DNA of 64,000 bases from Planctomycetota bacterium (GCA_031409275.1 JANNXA010000014.1:128001-192000), one strand, 5' to 3'. Positions 30,394 to 40,817 are shown, counted from the stretch's first letter. Program-made: numbers and translations. The notes: a model not told the origin generated them from the sequence alone.

Positions 30394-32157
30394 ATGCATG
30401 CATCCGTCGGGGCGATCGCGGCTGTCTTGGCTGTTGCGCTGGCGCCTGCCGCGCTCGCCGGCGCTGGTGGCAGCAAAACCCCTGGCCCCTGGGTCGGTCC
30501 GGGCGGCTCGCCACGCATCGATCGCCACCTCCTGATTCGAGTCGAACCCGGCGTCACCCTGCTCGAAGGCGAAGACGCGGCGGGAAACATGACGACCGGA
30601 GTGTCGGAGCTCGACGCACTGAATCGCAAGTTCCACGTCAACGCCGTATGGCGCGTGCACCAGGATCCCCCGCGCGGTCGGCGTGATCCTGCCCTGTTCC
30701 GCTCGCTCGGACTCGATCGCATCTACTACGTCCAGTTCATCCAAGGGCGCAACGACATCGACCGGATCGCAACCGAGTACGAGGGATTGACCTCCATCGA
30801 GCTCGCGTGGGCCGACCACATCGTCGGCCACTGCAGCGTCCCCAACGACACCAAGTACTCCTCCCAGTGGAACTGCACGTGGGAGGATCTCGACTGCGAG
30901 CCGGCTTGGGACATCGCGACGAAGTCGAACGTCCTCATCTCGGTGATCGATAGCGGCGTCGAGATCACTCACGCGGACGTGGACGCGAACCTCTGGACCA
31001 ACCCTGGCGAGATCAAGGGGAACAAGGTCGACGACGACGGCAACGGCTATGTCGACGACGTCCACGGCTACGACTTCTGGAACGCCGACGGCGACCCCAA
31101 AGACGACTACGGCCACGGCACCCACGTCGCTGGCATCATCGGCGCGGAAGGCAACAACAGTCGCGACGTCGCGGGGGTCTGCTGGAGCGCGACCATCCAG
31201 GCCGTCAAGGTGCTCGACTCGCTCGGCTCGGGAACCTGGACCTCGATCTCGCAGGGCATGGTCTACGCGGCAGACAACGGTTCGCTCGTGTCGAACTACA
31301 GCCTCGGTGGAACCAGCTACGACGCGAACGTCGACTCGACCGTCCAGTACGCCGCCGGGCTCGACATCGTCCAGGTCGCCGCGGCCGGGAACCTCGCTTC
31401 GAGCGCGAGTTTCTACCCCGCGGCCTACAACGACGTGATCGCGGTCATGGCGTCGGACATCGCCGAGAAGCGCGCGCGCTGGTCCAACTTCGGCAGTTGG
31501 TGCGACCTCTGCGCCCCGGGAGACGGCATCACCAGCCTCTGGATCAATGGCGGCACCAGCATCCTCACCGGGACGTCGCAGGCGGCCCCGCACGTCGCGG
31601 GCATCGCCGCCATGGTGCGCACGCTCAATCCGCAGATGGACCGCATCGACACGGAACTGCTGATCGAATACACGGCCAAGGATCTCGGCGCAGCCGGTCG
31701 CGACTCGAGCTACGAGTGGGGCCTTGCTGACCTCCACCGCGCGCTCGACGCGGCCGCATCGCTCACTCTTTCCACCACGACTTCAGCCCGCGGCGGACAG
31801 GTCGATCTCTACGTCCATCGGCCCGACTCGCCGAACGACTACTTCGTTCTGCTGCCGTCGACTTCCGAGCGCCGTCCCGGTTTCGCGCTCAGCGCATCGT
31901 TCTCGGGCGACGCTCGCATCGTCCCGATCAACTGGGATGCGGTCACCGACCTGTCGTTGCTGCTGCCCTTCGTCGGAGTCTGGAACGGCTTCGCCGGCAA
32001 CCTCGACGGAAACGGCGACTCCACCGCCTCCCTCGTCATCCCAAGTGGCCGCCTGCTCCAGCACAAGTTCAGCTACTTCAGCGGGGTCATCCTGCCGGCG
32101 AGCAACTTGTCGACGGTGCGCTGGGTGCTGAACTCGGTCACGCTCGACGTGCAGTAG
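30394..32157 (+). CDS. secreted S8 serine peptidase with C-terminal domain of unknown function
   Basis: Signal peptide; SVIDSG, GHGTHVAG, AAAGN, GTSQAAPHVAG; Ca-loop DDDGNGYVDD. Confidence 0.93.
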   Translation: MHASVGAIAAVLAVALAPAALAGAGGSKTPGPWVGPGGSPRIDRHLLIRVEPGVTLLEGEDAAGNMTTGVSELDALNRKFHVNAVWRVHQDPPRGRRDPALFRSLGLDRIYYVQFIQGRNDIDRIATEYEGLTSIELAWADHIVGHCSVPNDTKYSSQWNCTWEDLDCEPAWDIATKSNVLISVIDSGVEITHADVDANLWTNPGEIKGNKVDDDGNGYVDDVHGYDFWNADGDPKDDYGHGTHVAGIIGAEGNNSRDVAGVCWSATIQAVKVLDSLGSGTWTSISQGMVYAADNGSLVSNYSLGGTSYDANVDSTVQYAAGLDIVQVAAAGNLASSASFYPAAYNDVIAVMASDIAEKRARWSNFGSWCDLCAPGDGITSLWINGGTSILTGTSQAAPHVAGIAAMVRTLNPQMDRIDTELLIEYTAKDLGAAGRDSSYEWGLADLHRALDAAASLTLSTTTSARGGQVDLYVHRPDSPNDYFVLLPSTSERRPGFALSASFSGDARIVPINWDAVTDLSLLLPFVGVWNGFAGNLDGNGDSTASLVIPSGRLLQHKFSYFSGVILPASNLSTVRWVLNSVTLDVQ

Positions 32158-32189
32158 CCGCCGCGAGACGCCTCTCGAGCCACGCGTCA

Positions 32190-32219
32190 GCCCGCTTTCG
32201 AACCCCTTTCGGAGCGGGC
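32190..32219. terminator. imperfect hairpin between convergent genes, possible bidirectional terminator
   Basis: GCCCGCTTTCGAA...TTCGGAGCGGGC; no clear U-tract. Confidence 0.35.
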
Positions 32220-32226
32220 GCGGTGC

Positions 32227-33585
32227 TCATCCGCCCGGCAACAGTTCGTCGATCCGCACCATTCGCCGTTCGTCGATGCTCTTGCGCGCTGCGATGCCGG
32301 TGAGGCAGGCGAGCGCCCCGTCGCGCGATCCCGGCAGTTGCAGCCAAGCGGGCAGCTCCGGCTTGGCGAAAACCTGGGCAAGCAGCAGGTCGTCACCGCC
32401 GCCGTGCCCGGCGCTGACGTTTTCGACATCGATCGCCTCGCGCGCGCCGAAGTTGCGCGTGAGCCAGATCTCGGTCGGCTTCTCCGGCTGCCACGGCTGG
32501 CGATCGTGGTCGCGCACTTCCAGCCGCCCGCGCTCGCCGTTGAAGGCGATGCGGTAGCCCTCGAACGGCATCGCCGCGTTCAGCGAGTAGCTCATGGTGA
32601 CGTCGTTCGAGTAGCGGACGAGCACGTTCATCGTGTCGAAGATGTCGACGTCCTCGCGGAAGACGCAGCCGTCCCGGAAATAGCCATCCTCGCTCTCGCA
32701 ACCGACATAGAGCTCGGTCAAGCCCGGGTCCTTGGTGATGTCCCAGAAGAACGGGCACTTGGACGCATGCGGACAACCTCGGCAATGCTCATGCCGGAAA
32801 GGGCCGTTGCGGCCGTACACCTTGAGATCACCGAACGCGGAGACCTCGACCGGCGCCGCCGCCAGCCACCAGTTCATCAGGTCGAAGTGGTGGCTCGCTT
32901 TGTGGACCAGCAGCGAACCGCTGCGCGACCGCAGCCGATGCCAACGACGGAAGTAGTCCGCACCGTGACGGACGTCGAGGTACCAGCTGAAGTCGACCGA
33001 CGTCACCTTGCCGATGGCCCCGGCGAGCAGCAGTTCCTTCACCCGCTGATGCTTCTTGGCAAAGCGATAGTTGAAGCCAACGGTGAGCTTGCGCCCGCTG
33101 GCACGTTCGGCGTCGAGGACGGCGCGGCATTGCGCATCGTCCGTGACCATCGGCTTCTCGGTGATCACGTCGAGCCCGGCCTTGAGGCCGCGCACGATGT
33201 AGTCGGAGTGGGTCGCATCGACGGTCGTCACGGTCAGGAGCTCGGGTCGCGCTTCCTTCACCATCGCGTCGAAGTCGGTGAAGATCGGGCAGCTCGCGCC
33301 GAGTCTTCCGCGCACCAGCGCGGCGCGCTTGGCGTTCACGTCGCATAGCCCCACCAGTTCGACCGCGTCGCCATGGCGGGCGAGCACGCTCGCGCCCCAC
33401 ATCGTGCTGCCGCGGATGCCGGTGCCGACGATCGCGTAGCGCCGCTTGGCGCGCGCCACCGTCGGGAGCACGCCGCGCGGAAGCGCGAACGCCGCCGGGA
33501 CGAGCGCGGACGCGAGCGCCGCGCCGCTGGCCGCCTTCAAGAAACCGCGCCGCGTCACCGCGCTACTCGGCCGCTCGTTTTGCAT
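32227..33585 (-). CDS. Gfo/Idh/MocA family oxidoreductase, Tat-exported
   Basis: TRRGFLK Tat motif; IVGTGIRG, ITEKPM, GFNYRF, HGADYFRRWH, HKASHHFD, GHGGGD. Confidence 0.93.
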   Translation of the reverse strand: MQNERPSSAVTRRGFLKAASGAALASALVPAAFALPRGVLPTVARAKRRYAIVGTGIRGSTMWGASVLARHGDAVELVGLCDVNAKRAALVRGRLGASCPIFTDFDAMVKEARPELLTVTTVDATHSDYIVRGLKAGLDVITEKPMVTDDAQCRAVLDAERASGRKLTVGFNYRFAKKHQRVKELLLAGAIGKVTSVDFSWYLDVRHGADYFRRWHRLRSRSGSLLVHKASHHFDLMNWWLAAAPVEVSAFGDLKVYGRNGPFRHEHCRGCPHASKCPFFWDITKDPGLTELYVGCESEDGYFRDGCVFREDVDIFDTMNVLVRYSNDVTMSYSLNAAMPFEGYRIAFNGERGRLEVRDHDRQPWQPEKPTEIWLTRNFGAREAIDVENVSAGHGGGDDLLLAQVFAKPELPAWLQLPGSRDGALACLTGIAARKSIDERRMVRIDELLPGG

Positions 33586-33686
33586 CGCCTGCTCCATCGG
33601 TCGGTCATCGGTTCGGGCCCGCGCGGCCAGGAGCCTACCCCCGGCGCGCGCCAGCACGGTTACCCTCGGCGCCTGGAGGGCCTGCC

Positions 33687-36600
33687 GTGACCACATCGCT
33701 TGCTTGCCTCGCCGCCTCGTGGTTCGCATCGACGGTGCCGGGCTTCGATGCTCCGAGCGCCGCCCCCGACACCCCCATCGCGTTCGGGCTGGCACGACTT
33801 GCCGCCGCCGGCGTCGATGGTGCTTGGGTCGAAACGCGCCTCGACCCTGGGCTCGGTCGCGAAGTCTTCGCGCTCGCACCGCACGAGCGCGGGGCGCGCG
33901 TCACCGCCGGCGACGCGACCGGCGCCATGTATGGGCTGCTCGAACTCGCCGAGCGCGTGCGCAGCGACGGGCTGCGTGCCCTCGCGCAGGCTCGCGGCGG
34001 CGGATCGCCCTACCTTGCCGAGCGCGGTCTCAACATCTTCCTGACGCTGCCGTGGAACGACGCTCGCCACGAGACCGAGTACGACCCGGCCGCGCTCACC
34101 GATCCGGCGCGCTGGTGGTTCCACGACGAGTCGTACTGGTCCACGCTGCTCGACCTCATGGCCGAGAGTCGGTTCAATTGGCTCGATCTGCACGGGATGT
34201 GGGACGTCCATTCGACCGGTGCACCGAATCTCTACGCCTACTTCGTCGACAGCGCGACCTACCCCGAGGTCGGCATCGCCAGTGCGCAGAAGCAGGCCAA
34301 TCTCGCGCGCCTGAACTGGGTCATCGAACGCGCGCACGCGCGCGGCATCCGCGTCAGCGTCATGTCGTACGAAGCGCGCCTCACCACGCCCCATCGTCGC
34401 AGCGTGCCCTATCCCGACGACGAGGCGACCACCTACGCCTACACGCGGGAAGCGGTCGCAGCGCTGATCCGCGCCGCGCCGGCGCTCGACGCCATCGGCT
34501 TCCGGATCGGCGAGAGCGGCCACGGCGGCGACTTCTTCCAGTGCTACGTCGAAGCGGTGGCCGCGAGCGGCCGCGACATCCCGCTGTTGACGCGCAGTTG
34601 GGTCACGCGCAAGGAGAAGGTGGTCCCGTTGGCGCGCGCGTCGTCCGACTTCACCGTCGAGATCAAGTACGACGGCGAGCAGTGGGCCGCTCCCTATCCC
34701 TTCAGCGGCGGCCGCGTGGCCAACTGGCACAGCTACTCGTTCGAGGACTACCTGAGCGATTCGTCGCCCGCCGGCGAGGGTGCGGCGGCCACCGCTTCCA
34801 AGCGAATCTGGCCGGGCCAGCCGCTCGCGGACGGCGAGCGTTGGCCCGATCAGCCCTACAAGATCGCCTGGCAGGTGCGCGCCAACGGGACTCATCGGAT
34901 CTTCCCCTTCCACGAACCCGATTGGGTGCGCCGCTCGATCGAACCGATGCGCGTCGGCACCGCGAGCGGCTTCACGGTCGAACCGGTGAACGCCTATTTC
35001 CCCGCGTCGCCGAGCTACTACCTCGCCGATCGAGCCACGCTGCCGTGCGACTGGATCCATCAGCGCGACGAGCTCTACCTGCTGGAATGGGGTCGACTCG
35101 GCTACGACCCGACCACCCCCGATCGCGTCTTCACGCAGCGACTGCGCGAACGCTTCGGCGACGCCGCCGAGCCGCTCGATGCCGCCTGGCGTGCGGCGAG
35201 CCGCGTGGTGCCGCTCGCCCTGCTCGCGCACGCGTTCGGACCCGACCATCGCGACCACGCTCCAGAACTCGAGTGGGGCGGCGCCACGCGCGAGTGGATC
35301 GAAGGCGAAGGGCTCGACACCCACGCGTTCCTGCCGATTCGCGAGGAGATCGCGCTGCGCACGACCGGCGGCCGCGACGGACGCATCTCCGCGTTGCGCG
35401 TGGCCGCCGAGCTCGACTCGCTCGCGCAGGAGATCGCGGTGCAGCGGCCGCGACTCGCCGCGCGTGACGCCGCGCCCGATGTTCCCGCGGCGCCCCGGTT
35501 GCACGAACTCGAGCAGGTCCTGGCGCAGCTCGAGCAGCTCGCGCGCTACCACGCCGGTCGCCAGCGCGCCGCGTGGTGGACCGCGTTGGCCAACGCGGCG
35601 CCGGGAACAACGGGCGCCCGGGAGCAGGCGGCGAGCGCGATGGAGTCGGCGCTCGCGGCGTGGCGGGAACTCTCGCTGTCGTCGGCGGCGAGCTTCTACG
35701 CGCCCTTCACCGATCGCCTGCGCATGCACACGCACGCTTTCCATTGGCGCGACGAGCTGCCGAAAGTCGAGGCGGAGACGAACTCCCTGCGGGGGTTGGT
35801 GAAGTCGTCGCGCACTCCGCCGGCACCGGCGCGGCCCGATCCTGAACTCGCCGTCAGCGCTCCTCGCAACGACATCGCGTTGACGTGGAGCGCCGACGGC
35901 GACGAGCTCATCGCAACGCTGCCCGCGCGCGGCCTCGATCGCGCATGGCTGCTCCACAAACCGCTGCCAAGCTCGACCTTCTTCCACCGAGTCGCGATGG
36001 CGAAGGAGGGGGCGAGGTTCACCGCTCGCCTCACGCGCGAACGGTGCGGCCACTTGTTGGCGGCGGAAGTCGCGGTCGGTGCGCAACAGTGGCGCTTGCC
36101 CGACGCGCTTGCGGCGACACCGTGGCTCGTGGTGCCGAGCCAACCCGGTCCGACGCCGCTCTACTTCGCGACCGGCGAGGCGCTCGCCCATCTCGACCCG
36201 GCCAGCCTCGATCCGTCGCTGCACGGCACGCTGGTCATCGCGCCGCGCGCATGGCAGTTCTTCCGCGACTTCGACGCGACGACGCAGCGCAAGCTCCTCG
36301 ACGTCGTAGCGCGCGGCTTCGAGCTGCTGGTGCTGCAGCAGGACTACACGTCGAACCGCTACCCGCTCTCCTGGCTGCCGAAGCCACCGCGCGTCGAGAA
36401 CGCTCGCCTCGACACCTTCGACCCGGGCGCCGCGCTCCACCTCGACGTCGTGCGCGCGCCGGACATCGTGCTGCAGCGCTTCGTCGCCACGCCCGGCTAC
36501 CAGCTGCATGGCAACGGCGCGATCGCGCAGCTGCGCATGGGCAAGGGCAACGTCTGGTTCGTGCAGGCACGCCTGATCCAGAACCTCGAGCTGCCGACGG

Positions 36601-38681
36601 CGGCGCGCGCGCTGCTGCAGCTGCTGCGGACGGGAGGCGGTGCCAGGCCGGTGATCCTCATCGACCCCGGCACGGAGAACAATCGCTTCGGGACCTCGCT
36701 GTTCCCCGACTTCCTGAACGCGCACGAGCTGCCGTTCCTCACGCTCGGCGAAGTGATCGCACAACGACAAGGGGTCGGGGCCGCAGCACCCGTTCCGGCA
36801 CGTCCGTGGGACGACCTCGTGTTGAATGGCCAAGGCGCCGCGCAACAGCAGCGCTACCTCGACACGCAGGCGCGCCAGTCCGCCGCGCGACCGGCCGCGA
36901 CGACGCGCGCCGAACTCGAGGCGTCGCAGCCCGGCCAGTTCCAGGCGATCCGCGCCGCGCTCGGACTCGATCCGCTGCCACCGCGCACGCCTCTGAACGC
37001 GAGCGTGACGGGGGTCCTGAAACGCGACGGCTATCGCATCGAGAAGATCGTCTACGAGAGTCGTCCCGACTTCCCGGTCACGGCGCATCTCTACGTTCCC
37101 GATGGCGCCGGCCCGTTCCCGGTGCTCCTCAATCCGCATGGCCACTGGTCGCACAAGAAGCTCGAGCCGGTGGTGCAGCAACGACTGATCCAGCAGGCCT
37201 TGCACGGCTACCTCGCGCTGATCGTCGACTCGCCCGGATCGAGCTTCGAAGGCGACGCGCGCATCGAGCGGCGCGAAGCGGGCAGCCACATGGACTTCCG
37301 CAACGTGCTCGGCTCCTGCGGCGCGGGCGCGGTCTATGTGTGGGACCTGATGCGCGGCCTCGACTACCTCGAAACGCGGCCCGAAGCGGACATGGGACAC
37401 GTCGGCATCACCGGCGCATCGGGCGGCGGACACGCCACGTTGTGGACGTTCGCGGCCGACCCGCGCATCGACGCGGCGGTCCCGGTCGTCTTCGCGACGA
37501 GCCTCGAGATCGAGCCGCACAACGGCTGCCCGTGCAACCACATCCCCGGCACGTTGCGGCTGGGCGATCGCGCCGACGTTCTCGCCGCACGCGCGCCCGC
37601 GCCGGTTCTGGTGCTCGGCGCGCGCGACGATCGCGAGTTTCCGCCCGCCGGCACCGAACTCACCGGCCGCAAGCTGAAGGAGCGCTGGGCGCTGCTCGAT
37701 GCCGCCGATGCGGTGGGATCGAAGGTCTTCGAAGGCCCGCACGACTACAACCTCGCGATGGTCGCCACCGCGCTCGGGTTCTTCGAGCGCCATCTCAAGG
37801 GAATCGGCGACGGAGCGCCGCTGGAGCTCACCGCGCGCCCCACCGAGCCCGAGGCCGCCGACGAACTCTTCTGCCTGCCGGCACCGCGACCGGGATCACG
37901 CACGATGCGCGACCTCGCCGTCGAGCGGCTCGCGGCGACGACGAAGCAGCCGGTCAACCGCGATCCCGCGGAGTTCCTGCGCGCGAACGGAGGGGTTGCC
38001 GCCGGCGCCCCCAAGCAGGTGAGCGCCCGCGACGAGGCGGGGCTCGCGGTCGATTTCCCGACGACGCTGGCACAGTCGGCGGCGCTCGCGGATCGAACGC
38101 TCGCGGTCCGTTTCGAGAGCGAGCCGGGCCTCGCGATTCCCGGCATCCTGCGTCTGCCTGCCAAGGAGATGCGCGGTGCGGTGGTGCTGGTCGGCGATGA
38201 CGGCAAGCAGAACGCCGACGAGCGCTGCACCGTCGAGAAGCTGCTGCTCGGAGGATTCGCCTGCTTCGCCATCGATCCGAGGGGCTTTGGCGAACTCGAT
38301 GGGATCGACCTGCGCCTCCTGATCTACCGCAACAGCGCCCCCGCCGTCGCCGCCGCGACCGACATCGCGGCCGCAGTCGCGCTGCTCGAGCCACTCACTC
38401 CCAAAGTCGTCGTCATCGGCGATGGCGCGGCCGGATCGCTCGCGGCGCTCGCGACCGCGCTGGCACGGCCCGAGCTTGCCGGCGTCATCGGCCGGCAGGG
38501 GATGCGCGAGTTCGCCGACGCCTTCGACGAGTCGATCCCGCTGCTCGCGCTGCAACCGCAGGCCGATCGACTGCCGCCGCTCTCGACGCTGCGCAGCGCC
38601 GTCACCATGCCGAGCCACTTCACCTTCCGCGGCGACCCCGGATTCGACCTCTACGCGGCGCTGCTGCGCCTGCTCCGCTGA
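33687..38681 (+). CDS. large secreted multidomain protein: glycoside-hydrolase-like N-terminus plus C-terminal alpha/beta-hydrolase (acetylxylan-esterase-like) domains
   Basis: GAMYGLLELAE...PYLAERG...WSTLLDLMAESRFNWL N-terminus; YRIEKIVYESRP, PHGH, WDLMRGLDYL, GITGASGGG, GPHDYN. Confidence 0.75.
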   Translation: MTTSLACLAASWFASTVPGFDAPSAAPDTPIAFGLARLAAAGVDGAWVETRLDPGLGREVFALAPHERGARVTAGDATGAMYGLLELAERVRSDGLRALAQARGGGSPYLAERGLNIFLTLPWNDARHETEYDPAALTDPARWWFHDESYWSTLLDLMAESRFNWLDLHGMWDVHSTGAPNLYAYFVDSATYPEVGIASAQKQANLARLNWVIERAHARGIRVSVMSYEARLTTPHRRSVPYPDDEATTYAYTREAVAALIRAAPALDAIGFRIGESGHGGDFFQCYVEAVAASGRDIPLLTRSWVTRKEKVVPLARASSDFTVEIKYDGEQWAAPYPFSGGRVANWHSYSFEDYLSDSSPAGEGAAATASKRIWPGQPLADGERWPDQPYKIAWQVRANGTHRIFPFHEPDWVRRSIEPMRVGTASGFTVEPVNAYFPASPSYYLADRATLPCDWIHQRDELYLLEWGRLGYDPTTPDRVFTQRLRERFGDAAEPLDAAWRAASRVVPLALLAHAFGPDHRDHAPELEWGGATREWIEGEGLDTHAFLPIREEIALRTTGGRDGRISALRVAAELDSLAQEIAVQRPRLAARDAAPDVPAAPRLHELEQVLAQLEQLARYHAGRQRAAWWTALANAAPGTTGAREQAASAMESALAAWRELSLSSAASFYAPFTDRLRMHTHAFHWRDELPKVEAETNSLRGLVKSSRTPPAPARPDPELAVSAPRNDIALTWSADGDELIATLPARGLDRAWLLHKPLPSSTFFHRVAMAKEGARFTARLTRERCGHLLAAEVAVGAQQWRLPDALAATPWLVVPSQPGPTPLYFATGEALAHLDPASLDPSLHGTLVIAPRAWQFFRDFDATTQRKLLDVVARGFELLVLQQDYTSNRYPLSWLPKPPRVENARLDTFDPGAALHLDVVRAPDIVLQRFVATPGYQLHGNGAIAQLRMGKGNVWFVQARLIQNLELPTAARALLQLLRTGGGARPVILIDPGTENNRFGTSLFPDFLNAHELPFLTLGEVIAQRQGVGAAAPVPARPWDDLVLNGQGAAQQQRYLDTQARQSAARPAATTRAELEASQPGQFQAIRAALGLDPLPPRTPLNASVTGVLKRDGYRIEKIVYESRPDFPVTAHLYVPDGAGPFPVLLNPHGHWSHKKLEPVVQQRLIQQALHGYLALIVDSPGSSFEGDARIERREAGSHMDFRNVLGSCGAGAVYVWDLMRGLDYLETRPEADMGHVGITGASGGGHATLWTFAADPRIDAAVPVVFATSLEIEPHNGCPCNHIPGTLRLGDRADVLAARAPAPVLVLGARDDREFPPAGTELTGRKLKERWALLDAADAVGSKVFEGPHDYNLAMVATALGFFERHLKGIGDGAPLELTARPTEPEAADELFCLPAPRPGSRTMRDLAVERLAATTKQPVNRDPAEFLRANGGVAAGAPKQVSARDEAGLAVDFPTTLAQSAALADRTLAVRFESEPGLAIPGILRLPAKEMRGAVVLVGDDGKQNADERCTVEKLLLGGFACFAIDPRGFGELDGIDLRLLIYRNSAPAVAAATDIAAAVALLEPLTPKVVVIGDGAAGSLAALATALARPELAGVIGRQGMREFADAFDESIPLLALQPQADRLPPLSTLRSAVTMPSHFTFRGDPGFDLYAALLRLLR

Positions 38682-38751
38682 AAGGGCGGCCGCTGCCTGG
38701 TTCCGCCGCGATCTCCACTCGCCGGACTCGCGGTGCCGTTCGCGACGGACG

Positions 38752-40149
38752 TCAGCGCTGGAGCTTGTTCGCCGCGTTGAGCGCCGCGACCTTGTAGCAC
38801 TCGGCGAGCGTCGGGTAGTTGAAGACGGTTTTCAGGAAGTAGTCGAGACCGCCGCCAAGTCCGATCACCGCCTGGCCGACATGGATCAGCTCGGTGGCGC
38901 CGGTGCCGATGCAGTGGCAGCCGAGCAGCCGGTGATCTTCGCGATGGAAGAGCATCTTGAAGAGGCCGGAGTCGTCGCCCAGGATCTGCCCGCGCGCGGT
39001 ATCGCGGTAGCGCGCCAGACCGATCTCGTACGGCACCTTGCTGGCCGTGAGTTCCTGCTCGGTCGCCCCGACCATCGACAGTTCCGGGATCGCGTAGATC
39101 CCGATCGGGAAATGGGGCTCCATCGCGCTCGCCTCGACGCCGAACGCATGACACGCGGCGAGGCGTCCCTGCTCCATCGAAGTCGCGGCGAGGGCGGGCG
39201 AGCCGACGACGTCGCCGGCCGCGTAGATGTGCGGTCGTGCGGTCTGGAAGTGATCGTTCACCGCGATGCGGCCACGCGGGTCAGCGACGAGCCCGGCTCG
39301 CTCGAGGCCCAGATCCTTGGTGGCGCCGACGCGTCCGGTCGAGAAGAAGGCGACGTTCGCGACCAGCCGCTTGCCCGAGTCGAGCAGGACGACCGCACGC
39401 CTCGGAGGGCCCTGCTCCACTTGCACGGACTGCACCGATTCGCCGAGCCGGAAGCTCACGCCGTGGTCGCGCATCTGATGCATCAGCTCGTCGACGATCT
39501 CGCGGTCCAAGAACTCGAGCGGCCGCTCGCGTTTCTCGACGACGGTCACCTCGAGGCCGAGCAGCCCGAGCATCGACGCGTACTCCATGCCGATGACGCC
39601 GCCGCCGACCACCACGATCGAGCGCGGCATCGTGGCGAGCCCGAGCAGCTGATCGCTGTCGACGACGGTCTCGCCATCGATCGGCACGCCGGGCGGCGCG
39701 GCGGGGCGAGTGCCGACGGCCAGCATCACGTGGTGCGCGGTGACGAGGCGCTCGTTCGCCCCATCCACGATGGCCAGCGTGTGGTCATCGCGAAACGAAG
39801 CGAACCCGCGCACCACTTCGACGTCGTTGCGGTGCAGCTGCTTCTCGATGATCTCCGCCTCGCGCCGCAGCACTTCGGCGACGCGCCCCTTCAGCTGCTC
39901 GAAGCTCGCGCTGCTGCGCTGGCAAGCGATCCCGAATTCGACGGCCCGCTGGCTCTCCTTCCACCACAGCACGGCTTCGCGGAAGGTCTTGCTCGGAATC
40001 GTGCCGAAGCCGAGGCACTCCCCGCCGACCCGCGGCCGACGCTCCACCAGCAGCACCCGTTTGCCGAGCTTGGCGGCTTGGATCGCGGCACGCTGGCCGG
40101 CCGGGCCACTGCCGACGGAAACGAGGTCGTAGTCAGGAATGCTGGCCAT
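38752..40149 (-). CDS. sthA: soluble (Si-specific) pyridine nucleotide transhydrogenase
   Basis: GSGPAG; GGECLGFGTIPSK (CxxxxT instead of CxxxxC); GGGVIGMEYA; C-terminal FNYPTLAECYKVAALN. Confidence 0.93.
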   Translation of the reverse strand: MASIPDYDLVSVGSGPAGQRAAIQAAKLGKRVLLVERRPRVGGECLGFGTIPSKTFREAVLWWKESQRAVEFGIACQRSSASFEQLKGRVAEVLRREAEIIEKQLHRNDVEVVRGFASFRDDHTLAIVDGANERLVTAHHVMLAVGTRPAAPPGVPIDGETVVDSDQLLGLATMPRSIVVVGGGVIGMEYASMLGLLGLEVTVVEKRERPLEFLDREIVDELMHQMRDHGVSFRLGESVQSVQVEQGPPRRAVVLLDSGKRLVANVAFFSTGRVGATKDLGLERAGLVADPRGRIAVNDHFQTARPHIYAAGDVVGSPALAATSMEQGRLAACHAFGVEASAMEPHFPIGIYAIPELSMVGATEQELTASKVPYEIGLARYRDTARGQILGDDSGLFKMLFHREDHRLLGCHCIGTGATELIHVGQAVIGLGGGLDYFLKTVFNYPTLAECYKVAALNAANKLQR

Positions 40150-40257
40150 GGCCGTGTCTCGCACGGGACGCGCGGGAGAGACCGGGGATGGTACGCCGCC
40201 AACCACCGCTCGAGTGCTGCGAGCGAAACGACGCCCGCAACCTCGATCGCCACCGCT

Positions 40258-40770
40258 TCAGCGTCGCGGCTCGATCCGCCGCAGCGAGCGCAGCGCGTGC
40301 GGCTCGACGAGGATGAACTCGCTCCACTCGCCGTGTTCGAGCGAGGCGGGCGGGAAAGGACCCTCGCCTTCCAGCTGCACGTAGCAGGTCAGGTTGCTGC
40401 CCAGATGGAGCACGATCTCGCCGCCCGATGGCGGTTCCGTGCGCTCGACGAGGCCACCGTAAACACGATCCTCGGCCCGCTCGGGCGGCAGTTGCGGCCC
40501 TTCGTTGGCAGGATGAAGGCGGCACGCGTAGTGGCCGGGCGCGTCCGCCTGCCGCGACGCTTCAGCGACGCTGGCCAACACCACTTCGACCTCGTCGGCA
40601 AGCTCGAGCGGTGGCGCGTCGGCCGGCAACGCCACCTGCAGATCGCACCAGCTCCACCAGCGATCCGTTCGGTAGTCGGCGTGGCGCAGACGCAGCGTGG
40701 CGATGCGCCCGCCATCGGCGGCAATGGCGAGTTGCCGGATCGCTCCGCGCGCGACGTCGCTGGCTCGCAT
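40258..40770 (-). CDS. hypothetical protein
   Basis: RBS GAGGAG plus ATG at 40770; protein-like composition; fills the gap between the tRNA terminator and sthA. Confidence 0.65.
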   Translation of the reverse strand: MRASDVARGAIRQLAIAADGGRIATLRLRHADYRTDRWWSWCDLQVALPADAPPLELADEVEVVLASVAEASRQADAPGHYACRLHPANEGPQLPPERAEDRVYGGLVERTEPPSGGEIVLHLGSNLTCYVQLEGEGPFPPASLEHGEWSEFILVEPHALRSLRRIEPRR

Positions 40771-40817
40771 CGTCGAACTCCTCGTGGGTCGCGGCCCCGC
40801 AGCTGCCGGGATCGGCG

